64,000 nt of DNA from Candidatus Latescibacterota bacterium (GTDB lineage Bacteria; Latescibacterota; UBA2968; SICM01): the NCBI GenBank assembly GCA_965217865.1, contig CBDCJO010000002.1:5312001-5376000 (forward strand), given 5' to 3'. Positions 18,042 through 28,832 of this stretch are shown in pieces; within the stretch, counting starts at the first letter, position 1; the number at the start of each line of letters is the position of its first letter. Position numbers and translations under genes: made by a program. Under the pieces are notes generated by a model that had not been told where the DNA came from, made no database searches, and was given only the letters and a program-made list of their open reading frames with translations.

Positions 18042-18095
18042 AATAGCAGAAACCTGAATGGTGGAAATGATGTTGGGTAGGGAACGGAGGATTAC

Positions 18096-19553
18096 ATGAA
18101 ACGCCACCGAATCCTCATCGTGGACGATGAGAAGGATATCCTGGACTCGCTTCGATTAGCTTTTGAAGAAGATTACGAGGTCGTTACCGCGAGCAGCGGG
18201 GAACAGGGTCTGGAAATCCTTCAGGGTCTTTCGGTCTCGGTTATGATCGTGGATCAGCGAATGCCCGGAATGGACGGGGTGACATTTCTGGATCAGGCGA
18301 TGCAATTGGCACCCAAAGCCGTCAGGATCATTTTGACGGGATATACCGATATGGATGCCTTGATCGCTGCCGTGAACTCGGGACAGATTTACCGATACAT
18401 ACACAAACCGTGGGAACCGGATGCATTGAAAATGGATGTTCGCCGCGCGGTGGAACGTTTCGAGATGTCTTCGGAGTTGGAGGAACGATATGGAGAGATC
18501 CTCCGGTTGAATCAAGAGCTGGAAGAGGCAAAACAAAAGCTTGAATTGGAGAATGTTCAGCTGCGTCACGCGGCTTCTCAACGCTATGTAGCAGATGGAT
18601 TGATCGGCCAAAGCCCAGCCATGGAAAGGGTTTATGATTTGATCGAAAAGGTCTTGAATAGCGATGTCACCGTTATCCTGACGGGTGAGACGGGCACGGG
18701 GAAAGAATTGCTTGCAAGATGTGTCCATTTTAATGGCCCGCGAAAAGAAATGCCTTTTGTTGCTCAAAACTGCGGGGCGTTACCTCCCGAGTTGCTCGAG
18801 AGCGAACTCTTCGGACATCGAAAGGGCGCCTTCACAGGAGCCGTTGAGGATCGGCCCGGGATGTTCGAGGCAGCCGACGGCGGAACTATATTTCTGGACG
18901 AGATCGGAGACACGTCCATGGCGATGCAGGTGCGGCTTCTAAGGGTGCTTCAGGAGGGGGAAATCCGTCGTGTGGGGGAAGTTCGGGACCGAAAGATCAA
19001 TGTGAGAACGATCGCTGCAACCAATCAGGACTTGAAGGTCGAAGTGGAGGCAAAGCGATTCAGGGAGGATCTTTATTTCAGGCTGAATGTGTTTCCGATC
19101 GAAGTCCCACCTCTTAGAGACCGGACCGAAGACGTTCCTCTCCTCGTCGCCCATTTTTTAAAGACTTACGCTACGGAACGCGAGGTTCTGTTTGCAGCAG
19201 AGGCGATGGATCTCCTCTGCCGATATTCATGGCCAGGTAATGTGAGGGAGCTTGAAAATGAAGTGCGAAGAGCCCTGCTCCTCGCAGGAGAAGCAAAACG
19301 AATCGGTCCTGAAGTGCTTACCGAGGTGATTCGCGAAAATGCTTCGCCCGGAAAATTACGTTTCGACGGCACCCTGAAGGCCGCAATCGTAGAGGTAGAG
19401 CGAAAAATGATCGTCGATGCCTTAAATCGCTCGGATGGAAACCGCACGCACGCCGCCCGGATGCTCGGGGTGAGTCGATGGGGATTGGTTCAGAAGATAG
19501 AGAAGTATGGGATTGAAGGAGCCGTGAAAGGAGCCGTGAAACGTGAGAAATGA
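18096..19553 (+). CDS. NtrC-family sigma54-dependent response regulator
   Basis: Receiver, [29 protein letters not shown], Fis-type HTH. Confidence 0.95.
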   Translation: MKRHRILIVDDEKDILDSLRLAFEEDYEVVTASSGEQGLEILQGLSVSVMIVDQRMPGMDGVTFLDQAMQLAPKAVRIILTGYTDMDALIAAVNSGQIYRYIHKPWEPDALKMDVRRAVERFEMSSELEERYGEILRLNQELEEAKQKLELENVQLRHAASQRYVADGLIGQSPAMERVYDLIEKVLNSDVTVILTGETGTGKELLARCVHFNGPRKEMPFVAQNCGALPPELLESELFGHRKGAFTGAVEDRPGMFEAADGGTIFLDEIGDTSMAMQVRLLRVLQEGEIRRVGEVRDRKINVRTIAATNQDLKVEVEAKRFREDLYFRLNVFPIEVPPLRDRTEDVPLLVAHFLKTYATEREVLFAAEAMDLLCRYSWPGNVRELENEVRRALLLAGEAKRIGPEVLTEVIRENASPGKLRFDGTLKAAIVEVERKMIVDALNRSDGNRTHAARMLGVSRWGLVQKIEKYGIEGAVKGAVKREK

Positions 19554-19683
19554 AACGGCAAACGGGGGAAGGAAATAAAGAGGAAGGATTAAAAGTATGG
19601 AAGGTTAAAGATGTGGGATCATCTTCCCATACTCCCACACCGGGGGATTTGAGGTAGAGCGGATTTGGAATCTGGAACTGATT

Positions 19684-22600
19684 ATGATTAAGCTGAGCCA
19701 TATGATCTCGGCGGTGATCATCCTGTCGACGGTATCACAAGCCAAGGCATCACAACAATATCAACCGGTTATTGCCGATCCCGTGTTGGAACCGTGGCGC
19801 TGGCGATCTTACCCGGAATTACAGGGTGTAGGACCTCAGTGTATGGTCGAAGATAAGGATGGAAATCTCTGGTTCGGGACGGACGAGGGGGTTCGGCGAT
19901 ACGATGGTGTAAACTGGACGGTCTTCACGCCGGACGACGGTCTGGTTGGGACGCCAGTTTCAGTCTTGTGCGCGACCAGGGACGGGATTATCTACGCTGG
20001 ATCGGAAGAAGGGATCTCCCGGTTCAGCAACGGTGAATGGGCCCGGATATTTCCCTCCGACGGTGATGTCCCTTTGCCCATCTACGATCTTATGGAGGCA
20101 TCGGATAGAAGCTTGTGGGTGGCGACAAAACACGGGGCTTTTCAGCTCCAAGGGGAGAAATGGACCTCCTACACCACGGAATCCTTGAATGATTTCGCGC
20201 TTTTTGCCATGCCCGGTGTGAAGATTACCTTAGTCCCAGATGAAATGACGCTGGTCAGCCACTGGGGGAGCGGGATCGGTGCTCTTGTGCTTCCGACTCA
20301 GGACGGATTTAAACGGATCGTGAAACTCGTATCTGGAGGCCCGGGCGAGGATGCAGGTCTGAAGGTGGGTGACCGGATTCTGAAGATTGACGGAACAGAA
20401 CCCCGTGGCCGCGCGTTGTTCGGGCCCGTTGGCACATCCGTCAGATTGACGGTTCAGCGGGAAGGCCAAACCGTACCCATAAAGGTTCCTGTGATCAGAG
20501 AACAGATCGCGGAGTCCTTCCGCGATTTTCCGGTCTTCGATGTCTTTGAAGACCTTCAGGGGTCTATATGGTTCGGTCTATCTCACGGTGATATCGTCCG
20601 CTACCATCCTGAAAGTCGATCGGGAAAGGATTCTAAGAACGGGTTACCCAGCCCAAGGAATAAATGGGAGCTTTACATCGAAGATGACGGACTCGATATC
20701 GGACCCTATCCTCGAATCGCCCAGACACCGGATGGTTCCATCTGGACGTTCTCGACGGCTACAAAACGTGGCCTCAACCGATTCCAGGAGGGTTTCTGGA
20801 TAAACATCCGGTTGGCCTCACCCGTTGGTGATCACCGCTACACCTCCATCCTCGGGGGCCAGGATGGTACGCTTTGGGTCGGAGGGTTTGGAACCCTGAA
20901 CGCGTTCCGCGACGGAGTATGGAAGGTTTACCATCCGCCCGATGTACCCGTTCCATCGATTGGGACGATCGATCTATTTGAGACATCAGATGGCGCCCTC
21001 TGGGTCATCAGTCGAGGCCAGGAAGCCACAAGGTTGGACTGCAGGACGCCTCAATGGGCAACTTACGAAGGCCTGGCGTTTCAGTGTGAGACACCCGATG
21101 GGGCGAAATGGTTTCTGACCCAGGACAATGGGGTTGTCAGTTTTAAGGGGGAGAACTGGATTCGCTATGGAGTAGAAGACGGGCTGATGGATTCCCCCAC
21201 GGCTTTGATCTCTACAAAAGCCGGTGTTCTCTGGGCAGCCGGGAGCAACGACAAGATTGCCGCAACGGCCCGGTTCGATGGGGTCGGATGGTCTTTACAA
21301 ACACACCCACGACTTTCCTGGGGCATCCATCCCAGCGCAGTCTACGAGTCCTCCGATGGTTCCCTATGGTTTGGAGCTACGAGGGGGTGGAGACGGATGC
21401 GGGGTCAGCGGGGGGGAGTCCTGAGGTTCAACGGGAATATGTGGGTCCATTACACGCCTCCATGGGCGCCGGTATACCTCACGGCTATCGCTGAAACCCC
21501 TGATGGCTTTGTCTGGTTCGGAGGTGATCGACTCTACAGCTTGAACAAACAGAGTTGGAACGTCGTGTCGGAACCTGAGGAGGTCTCCACAACAATCGAA
21601 CATGTGAAGACGGATCTTAATGGAAATCTATGGGTCGGGACACGAGCTTACGGCATATTTCACAGGAAGGGAGGTGTATGGTCCCGTTACGACGTAAGAG
21701 ATGGAATTGCCGCAAACGGGATCAAAAGCATCCTTCCAAGGAAAGATGGCAGCATTTGGGCTGGCACCGAAAAGGGAATCAGTCGCTTTGACGGGAGAAC
21801 CTGGACGACGCACGTCCTTCCCAAAGGCCTCTCCGGCTATATCCTTCGGGAATCCTCGGGAGGGTCTCTCTGGATCAACAATCTCCCTCTGGACTGGGCC
21901 ATGCGGGCAAGGGATGAAACTCCCGCTAAAAAGGGGGCTTATACGATTGGCACAACACGCTATAAGCCTGATGAAGAACCACCGGAAACCGATATCACGG
22001 TGTTTCAGGACAGGGTTTCTCAGCCCGGGAATACGATTATCTACTGGAAGGGGACCGATGCATGGCGCGCGACGCCGGACGAGGAACTTCAGTATGCTTG
22101 GCGTCTGGATGAAGGGGATTGGTCCCCCTTCTCTTCGGAGGAGAGCCAGGTATTCTTCTCTTTGTCAGGTGGGGACCATACCTTCGAAGTCAGGGGACGG
22201 GACCGGGATTTCAACGTTGACCCGACCCCGGCGTCCGTCCGATTCACAGTCGTGCCTCCGGCCTGGAGAAGTCCCTGGTTTCTGGGGTTGATGGTTATCC
22301 TACTCGCGGGAATCGGATTTCAGACTGGAAGGGTCATCCGACGGGGTTGGCGTTTGCAGGAGTCGAATTTGGCGCTTTCTGGAGCCTATCGACAAATCCA
22401 GGAGGCAAACCGCTTGAAGTCGCAATTTTTGGCCAATATGTCTCACGAGCTTCGAACCCCGATGAATTCGATCATCGGTTTCACCAACCTTGTCCTGAGG
22501 CGAGGGGCGGACTCCCTGTCTGAACGGCACCGAGACAACCTGACCAAGGTAAAGATGAGTGCCGATCACCTTTTAAATCTGATCAACGATATATTGGACC

Positions 22601-23124
22601 TCTCGAAGATTGAAGCCGGGAGGATGGATATCAAACCAGAATCGTTCGATGTAAAAAACTTGATTGCGAGTTGCTGCGCATCCGTAAGCCCCATCGTCAA
22701 GCCTGGGGTAAAATTGAATTACGAAGTCCAGGAAGGTGTTGAGGCCGCATATACAGACGAAGCCAGGCTGAGACAGATCGTTATAAATTTGCTTAGCAAT
22801 GCGATAAAATTTACGGAGCAGGGAGAGGTTTCTGTCTGCGTTTATAAAGACGGCGAATCCGATGGGGACCCGTCGATGATGGTTCGCGTATCGGATACTG
22901 GGATTGGAATCCCGGGGGATGCGGTGGATTATATTTTTGATGAGTTTCGTCAAGTTGACGGTTCAACCACCCGGCGCTACCAGGGTACGGGATTGGGGCT
23001 TTCGATTACCAAAAAATTTACCGAGCTTCTGGGAGGTGCGATTGACGTTGAGAGCCAGGAGGGAAAGGGTTCGACGTTCACGGTTCGAATTCCCGTGACT
23101 TACCGGGGGGGAGAGGCGAACTGA
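19684..23124 (+). CDS. Sensor histidine kinase with periplasmic beta-propellers, inserted PDZ domain, Y_Y_Y-like domain and TM helix
   Basis: DG.LW repeats, GIGA...GPGEDAGLKVGDRILKIDG PDZ, FLANMSHELRTP, NLLSNAIKFT, DTGIG, GTGLGL. Confidence 0.92.
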   Translation: MIKLSHMISAVIILSTVSQAKASQQYQPVIADPVLEPWRWRSYPELQGVGPQCMVEDKDGNLWFGTDEGVRRYDGVNWTVFTPDDGLVGTPVSVLCATRDGIIYAGSEEGISRFSNGEWARIFPSDGDVPLPIYDLMEASDRSLWVATKHGAFQLQGEKWTSYTTESLNDFALFAMPGVKITLVPDEMTLVSHWGSGIGALVLPTQDGFKRIVKLVSGGPGEDAGLKVGDRILKIDGTEPRGRALFGPVGTSVRLTVQREGQTVPIKVPVIREQIAESFRDFPVFDVFEDLQGSIWFGLSHGDIVRYHPESRSGKDSKNGLPSPRNKWELYIEDDGLDIGPYPRIAQTPDGSIWTFSTATKRGLNRFQEGFWINIRLASPVGDHRYTSILGGQDGTLWVGGFGTLNAFRDGVWKVYHPPDVPVPSIGTIDLFETSDGALWVISRGQEATRLDCRTPQWATYEGLAFQCETPDGAKWFLTQDNGVVSFKGENWIRYGVEDGLMDSPTALISTKAGVLWAAGSNDKIAATARFDGVGWSLQTHPRLSWGIHPSAVYESSDGSLWFGATRGWRRMRGQRGGVLRFNGNMWVHYTPPWAPVYLTAIAETPDGFVWFGGDRLYSLNKQSWNVVSEPEEVSTTIEHVKTDLNGNLWVGTRAYGIFHRKGGVWSRYDVRDGIAANGIKSILPRKDGSIWAGTEKGISRFDGRTWTTHVLPKGLSGYILRESSGGSLWINNLPLDWAMRARDETPAKKGAYTIGTTRYKPDEEPPETDITVFQDRVSQPGNTIIYWKGTDAWRATPDEELQYAWRLDEGDWSPFSSEESQVFFSLSGGDHTFEVRGRDRDFNVDPTPASVRFTVVPPAWRSPWFLGLMVILLAGIGFQTGRVIRRGWRLQESNLALSGAYRQIQEANRLKSQFLANMSHELRTPMNSIIGFTNLVLRRGADSLSERHRDNLTKVKMSADHLLNLINDILDLSKIEAGRMDIKPESFDVKNLIASCCASVSPIVKPGVKLNYEVQEGVEAAYTDEARLRQIVINLLSNAIKFTEQGEVSVCVYKDGESDGDPSMMVRVSDTGIGIPGDAVDYIFDEFRQVDGSTTRRYQGTGLGLSITKKFTELLGGAIDVESQEGKGSTFTVRIPVTYRGGEAN

Positions 23125-23170
23125 AGAACCTCAGGTGGATGAGGCTTTCAAAAGGGGAAGACGCAATCCG

Positions 23171-24376
23171 ATGGAAAATGGAAAACCCACGATTCTAATC
23201 GTCGACGACGAGCCTTTCAACCTCGACTTGCTTGAACAGGAGCTCATCGACCAGTACGAGGTCGTGAAGGCGAAAGATGGTGAGGAAGCCCTTCGGGAGG
23301 CTGGAGAAACCAATCCCGACGTGATCCTGCTTGATGTGCGGATGCCTGGGATGAGCGGACTTGAAGTCGTAGAACACCTCAGGGGATCGGAACGGCACCT
23401 CACCACCCCGGTGATCCTTCTGACGGCACAGTCTGGGCTGAGCGATCAGGTCGAGGGACTGGATTCCGGCGCGGATGATTATATCACCAAGCCTTTTGAA
23501 CCCGAGGATCTGCACGCCCGGATCCGAAGTGCGCTGAGGATCGGTCGTTTACAGAAGGCATTGGCCCGGGATCGAAACGATCTGAAGGAAGCCCTGGAGA
23601 ACCTCCGGGCGACCGAAGCCCAGTTGGTGCATTCTGAAAAGATGGCCGCCCTCGGAAAGCTGGTGGCCGGAGTTGCTCACGAGTTAAACAATCCAATCGG
23701 ATTTATCTATGCAAACGTGGAACACCTCCGCCGATATTTGGGAACGCTGCGGGATGTTTTCACGGAGACTGAACTATCGCCCGATATGGCCGGACGTTGC
23801 GCAAAGGCATTTGAAACCCTGGACCGGGTTATCGAGAACTGTGCCGATGGCGCAAATCGAATCAAGGTGATCGTAAAAGGGCTGAGAACCTTCTCTCGGC
23901 TGGATGAGGCTGAGTTAAAGACGGTGGACATACACGAGGGTATCGACAGCACCCTGGCGTTGCTGGAACATTATCTTAAGGATCGCGTCGAAGTCCATCG
24001 AAATTTCGGAGATCTTCCCCCCCTGGAATGCTTCGCCGGACAGCTCAACCAGGTCTTCATGAATCTGTTGACGAATGCATCAGATTCAATTGTGGGACAA
24101 GGGGATATATGGATCGATACAATCATAGAAGGTGAAAATGCCCGGATCTCGATCCGGGATTCCGGTTCGGGAATCCACCCAGAAGATATCAACCGGATCT
24201 TCGACCCGTTTTTCACCACCAAAGAGGTAGGAAAGGGGACCGGCCTGGGATTGTCGATCAGCTACGGGATCGTGGAAAGACACGAAGGCCGGATCGAGGT
24301 GGAGAGCGAGGAAGGGAAGGGCAGCACATTTTCGGTGATCGTGCCGTTGAAGTTAAGCAAGAGGACAAAGGGTTGA
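23171..24376 (+). CDS. Hybrid receiver-histidine kinase
   Basis: LLDVRMP receiver; AHELNNP H-box; NQVFMNLL.NA, DSGSG, GTGLGL. Confidence 0.93.
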   Translation: MENGKPTILIVDDEPFNLDLLEQELIDQYEVVKAKDGEEALREAGETNPDVILLDVRMPGMSGLEVVEHLRGSERHLTTPVILLTAQSGLSDQVEGLDSGADDYITKPFEPEDLHARIRSALRIGRLQKALARDRNDLKEALENLRATEAQLVHSEKMAALGKLVAGVAHELNNPIGFIYANVEHLRRYLGTLRDVFTETELSPDMAGRCAKAFETLDRVIENCADGANRIKVIVKGLRTFSRLDEAELKTVDIHEGIDSTLALLEHYLKDRVEVHRNFGDLPPLECFAGQLNQVFMNLLTNASDSIVGQGDIWIDTIIEGENARISIRDSGSGIHPEDINRIFDPFFTTKEVGKGTGLGLSISYGIVERHEGRIEVESEEGKGSTFSVIVPLKLSKRTKG

Positions 24377-24619
24377 TGGTGGTTTTTTTGGTTATGGCTG
24401 GACTCTAATCAATGAATGATTTTACGTCTCGATATAATCGACGTTTTTTAAGACGCTGGCTTAGAACCCCAAATCTGCCAGAATTTTGATCCTTCCACGT
24501 CTCAGATAGCCCGGTTCATGAAATATTACCTCGATTGCATCATCGATCCAACCTTTTCAAATTCCTATCTTCAACTTATCGAATTCCCATCATCCAACAG
24601 CTTAGTTTGGTCGGATCAA

Positions 24620-24690
24620 ATTAGAGTCTTACATTGCAACTTCTCCGTAAGATGCGGACATCTTTTGGGTTGCGCCTGAGCGAAGCGAAG
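24620..24690 (+). repeat. ~80-bp dispersed repeat, copy c
   Basis: Homologous to 2519-2600. Confidence 0.78.
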
Positions 24691-24829
24691 AAAGGGAAAT
24701 GGGCGGGATTACCATAATTCTACTTGACTTCAGCGTCCCATTGGTAGTATGATTTCATCCGAGATGTCGGGCAAAGGGGGTATTTGTGTCCGGAAAATCC
24801 GTGCTGGGATTAAAGTTAAGGAGCGACGC

Positions 24830-26500
24830 TTGTCAAAGATTCTGATTATCGATGATGAAGAAGATAGCCGGATCATGTTGTCTGAAATCCTTGAATCCGA
24901 GGGCCACGAAGTCATTGAAGCTCGTGATGGGAGGGAGGGCCTGGAAGAGATTCGCCGATCCCGTCCGGACATGGTTTTTCTGGATATGAGGATGCCTGAG
25001 ATGGATGGTTTACAGGTTCTCGAAGTCCTCCGGAGTGAAAAAAACGAGGAACTGAGGACCACACCCGTCACCGTGCTGACCGGCCTTGACTCGGGGCAGC
25101 AAGTAATCGACAGCCTCGAAGAGGGGGCAAACGATTATATCACCAAACCATTCAATGTGGAAGAATTGCTCGCACGCCTGGGCGTCCAACTCCGGGTCCA
25201 GAAACTGGAACGTGAAATCCGAGAGTCCGAAAGACGATATCGTACGATGTTCGAGCGCTCTGCGGATCCGATGGTCCTGCTGGACGAGAGTGGAAAGATT
25301 CTCCAAGCGAACCAGGCGGCAGCCATCCTGCTCGATTCGAGCCCGGAAAAACTAACGGGAGTTCCGGTCCAGGAGCTTGTTACCGCTTCAGGTAGTGCGG
25401 AGTTTGAGGCCGCTCTCGTTGGGGCCTTTGAAGGCAGCAAGATCCCGATTTTCGAAAGCCATCTGGTTCCACTCAAGGGGAACCCCCTTCCCGTAGACAT
25501 CGATCTTCACACGATCGAGATCCAGAACCGGCGCAATCTGCTTCTGCACATACGAGACATCCGTTGGCGGAAAGCCACCCAGGTCTGGTCGAACATGGTC
25601 TTCGAATTCATCGGAGATGCCATATTTATAACGGACGGCAGGGGAATCATCCTGCTGGCCAGCAGGAGTGCGGCCGACATGACGAGGTATTCACAGAATG
25701 AGATTGTGGGCCTGGATATCGCAAAGCTCCATCCTGAAGAGACCATCCGGCAGTGGAAAGAACAGTATTTTTCCAACCTTCGGGAAGGGCACTCCATGGT
25801 TTATGAAGGAGAGCTCCGGAAGAAGGACGGGAATAAAATTCCGGTAGAATGGGTCCTCGCTCTTTTTCTTGTGGACGGGGAGGAGTTCTTGATAGGTGTG
25901 GCAAGGGACCTGACGGAACGAAAACTGCTTGAAGAGCAGCTTCGCCAGACCCAGAAGATGAAAGCGATCGGCCAACTGGCAGGGGGTATCGCCCACGAGT
26001 TTAACAACCTGCTCCAGGTGATCTTGGGATACAGCGAGCTCCTTCGAAACCGGCCTTCCGTGGAGGAACCCATACGTGGAGAGGTGGCGGAGATCCAGAA
26101 GGCAGGAGAACGTGCGGCTTCCCTAACCCAACGGCTCCTGGCCTTTAGTCGTCGCCAGGTCCTGATGCCGACTATGCTGGATTTCAACGCGGTTGTTACG
26201 CGGATGGACGCGATGCTTCGGCGTTTGATCGGTGACCAGATTCAGATGATAACCGAGCTTCCCCAGGGATTGGAGCGGGTGAAGGCTGATCCGGGTCAGA
26301 TTGAAGAAGTCATTCTGAACCTTGTGGTGAATGCGAGGGATGCGATGCCGGAAGGGGGGAAGCTGACGATTGGGACTGAGAATGTGAAATTGGGCGACGA
26401 TTACTGCCGTGACCATCCTGAGATTCAACCGGGTTCCTATGTGATGTTGACGGTTAAAGACACGGGTCCGGTTGCATCCAAGGGTCCGGCTCGTAAGTGA
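24830..26500 (+). pseudogene. Receiver-PAS-PAS-histidine kinase, truncated inside the HATPase domain
   Basis: AHEFNN, NLVVNARDAM, ends right after KDTG; F and G2 boxes missing. Confidence 0.85.
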
Positions 26501-26723
26501 AGGTGTCCCACGAACTGTCGTTAAACCCCGGATCAGCCCACTCCGCCTGATCGCCGGAACGGTATCGCCAACCCTCTGTGAGTAAAAGCAGACCATACGA
26601 ATCCCTCAACCCCTCGGGGTCAAGTGCGGGCCTTGAGATGACAAACCCTCCGGCCGATTGGCTCTGTGCCGTCGAAGTTGGGGCGAGGATCGTTAGGCAT
26701 ATGATGGCAAGTCTTGATATCAT
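26454..26723 (-). pseudogene. N-terminal fragment of an exported sensor/sugar-binding-domain protein
   Basis: Signal peptide then LTEGWRYRSGDQAEWADPGFNDSSW; collides with the truncated kinase. Confidence 0.6.
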
Positions 26724-26852
26724 TGCGGCTCAAGTCATTGAAGGGTTAGGGATTTCAACCTTCCTCAAGTTAAATTCGCCTACGGCCTGCGTCAAGGGAA
26801 AAGGGATCGAGCCAGAATGGGAACACTTCGCTCCCCGAGAGCGTTTTTAGCC

Positions 26853-26882
26853 TTGACATTCGAACCCCTAAACGGTTAATTT
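26853..26882 (+). promoter_or_regulatory. Putative sigma70 promoter of the ybjN-like/pspA operon
   Basis: TTGACA, 18 nt, TAATTT. Confidence 0.5.
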
Positions 26883-26933
26883 TGTCGAACAGTTCAAGAA
26901 ATTATAACGTTTTACAACCGTCGAGGAGCCTCC

Positions 26934-27329
26934 ATGTCAGACTATTTCGAAACCGTAAGGGGCCACCTGAACGACCTGGATCTTTTGATCGAATCGGAAG
27001 ATCCCGAGGATGAACTCTTCATCGTAAACGACGAAGATCGTGGTATTCATCAGCTTATCGTCGACTGCGCGGATCCGATACTGATCCTGGAGCAGGCCAT
27101 CATGCCGGTTCCGTCGAATCCGGGTGACCTCTTCAGACGTCTGCTAAATATCAACCGTACCCTGATCCACGGAGCCTTTGCAATCGATGAAGAGACCGGG
27201 ACAATCCTGTTTCGGGATACCCTTCGCCTGGAGACCCTCGATCGGGGAGAGATCGAAGGATCGATCAACGCCCTGGGATTGGCACTCGCGGAAAACGCGG
27301 ATGAACTCTTGAGTTACCACCAACGATAG
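26934..27329 (+). CDS. YbjN/CesT-like chaperone-fold protein
   Basis: Acidic 131 aa; LL.INR.LIHGAFAIDE..ILFRDTL.LETLD; adjacent to pspA. Confidence 0.75.
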   Translation: MSDYFETVRGHLNDLDLLIESEDPEDELFIVNDEDRGIHQLIVDCADPILILEQAIMPVPSNPGDLFRRLLNINRTLIHGAFAIDEETGTILFRDTLRLETLDRGEIEGSINALGLALAENADELLSYHQR

Positions 27330-27339
27330 GAGACCTAAC

Positions 27340-28044
27340 ATGGGAATCTTCCAGAGAATATTCAGCGTAGGCAAAGCGGAAGCCCACGCCGCCATCGATC
27401 ACCTCGAAGATCCGATAAAGATGACCGAGCAGGGAATCCGGGACCTGAAAAAGGACCTGAACAGCGCCATGACCAGTCTGGCGGAGGTCAAGGGGCTTGC
27501 CATCCGTCTGAAAAAGGAGAAGGAGGATAATAAAAAGGCCGCGGCGGACTATGACCGGAAGGCCATGCTTCTCCTTCAGAAGGCTGAAAAGGGGGAAATT
27601 GATTCGGCCGAAGCGGATCGGCTTGCGACGGAGTCCCTGAAACGGAAGGAGGAGTCCGAAAATCGCGCGGTGTCCCTGACCAAGGACTGGCAGCAGCAGG
27701 AAACGACCGCAGCAAACCTTCATGGCCAGGTGGAGAAGCTCAAGTCCACCATCGCAAGTTACGATAACGATCTGGTCACCCTGCGCGCAAGGGCGCGGAC
27801 AGCAGCTGCCACGAAGAAGATCAACCGGCAGTTGGCCCGGGTCGATTCGTCCGGCACGCTCGCCATGCTTGAAAAGATGAAGGACAGGGTCGCCAAGGAC
27901 GAGTCCCTCTCCCAGGCTTACGGGGAAATCGCTTCTTCCGAAAGATCGGTTGAGGAAGAGATCGACTCCGCCCTTGCCGGAACGGATAACAAAGGCGCGG
28001 ACAAACTCGCCGAACTCAAGGCAAAGATGGGGGTGGGGAAGTGA
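27340..28044 (+). CDS. pspA: PspA/IM30 (ESCRT-III-like) family protein
   Basis: MGIFQRI amphipathic helix, LEDPIKM.EQ, coiled coil, LAELKAKM. Confidence 0.92.
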   Translation: MGIFQRIFSVGKAEAHAAIDHLEDPIKMTEQGIRDLKKDLNSAMTSLAEVKGLAIRLKKEKEDNKKAAADYDRKAMLLLQKAEKGEIDSAEADRLATESLKRKEESENRAVSLTKDWQQQETTAANLHGQVEKLKSTIASYDNDLVTLRARARTAAATKKINRQLARVDSSGTLAMLEKMKDRVAKDESLSQAYGEIASSERSVEEEIDSALAGTDNKGADKLAELKAKMGVGK

Positions 28045-28052
28045 CACCTCCG

Positions 28053-28150
28053 CTTCCAAGTTCGATGTTCCAGGTTCCTGCTTCTGATAATACGGAGTCG
28101 TGAACGAAACTTGGAACAGGAAACCTGGAACAGGAAACCTGGAACTCGGA
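28053..28150. repeat. Inverted heptamer arrays (GTTCCAG / GGAACAG-GAAACCT)
   Basis: ttccaagttcgatgttccaggttcc then ggaacaggaaacctggaacaggaaacctggaac. Confidence 0.7.
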
Positions 28151-28159
28151 ATTTTACTC

Positions 28160-28705
28160 ATGTCCTGGAATCCGTTTAAAAAGAAGCCGAAAGAACCCGA
28201 ACTCGACCCCCTGAAGGATCTGACGCTGTCGAATCTAAAACCCGGGTACTTCCTTGAATATGACCTCAAGACCTGGCAGGTCAAGGGACAGAATCGCTAC
28301 GACTTCGACGGGGATAGAACCGATGAGTGGGAACTGGTCAGCGGTGAAGAGGTCCGCTACCTGGAGCGGGAGGAGGACGATGGGGTTTCCTGGACGCTCG
28401 CCCAAAAGATTCCGGTCTCACAAATTGAGGGAAACCTCCAGACCTCCCTGCGGAATCAGGAGGACCCTCCGGAACGGGTCACCTGCGACGGGGTCGAATA
28501 TTTCGGAGAATCCAGTCAGGTGGGGACGTTTTTCAAGGATGGGACGGGAACAGGACAGGAATTTATCGTATGGGATTACATTGACAGATCCCAAAAGTTG
28601 ACCCTGGGCATCGAACAGTGGGGGGACGAAGAATACGAAGCCTCACTGGGCGAGATCGTAGAGGAATATCAGTTCAGCCGAATCCTTCCTTCAAAGCAGA
28701 ATTGA
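28160..28705 (+). CDS. DUF4178 family protein
   Basis: Aromatic/acidic beta-rich protein with W.YID and IEQWG..EYEAS.G; PspA context. Confidence 0.7.
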   Translation: MSWNPFKKKPKEPELDPLKDLTLSNLKPGYFLEYDLKTWQVKGQNRYDFDGDRTDEWELVSGEEVRYLEREEDDGVSWTLAQKIPVSQIEGNLQTSLRNQEDPPERVTCDGVEYFGESSQVGTFFKDGTGTGQEFIVWDYIDRSQKLTLGIEQWGDEEYEASLGEIVEEYQFSRILPSKQN

Positions 28706-28784
28706 TGACGTAAAGTGGGGCTCCCGGACGTCAAAACTTCCGTTTACCTTCCACTCCACCCACTTGGGAGGGTTTTGGGGGGGC

Positions 28785-28826
28785 CAATTTACACTTTCCA
28801 TTTTCCACTTTTCATTTCCATTCCAT
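28785..28826 (-). repeat. Degenerate heptamer array (GAAAAAT-like family)
   Basis: Reverse complement ggaaatgaaaagtggaaaatggaaagtgtaaattgg. Confidence 0.65.
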
Positions 28827-28832
28827 CTTCTC

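Noticed and set aside
27265-28284. 339-aa minus-strand ORF
   Set aside because: Antisense shadow of pspA and the heptamer arrays
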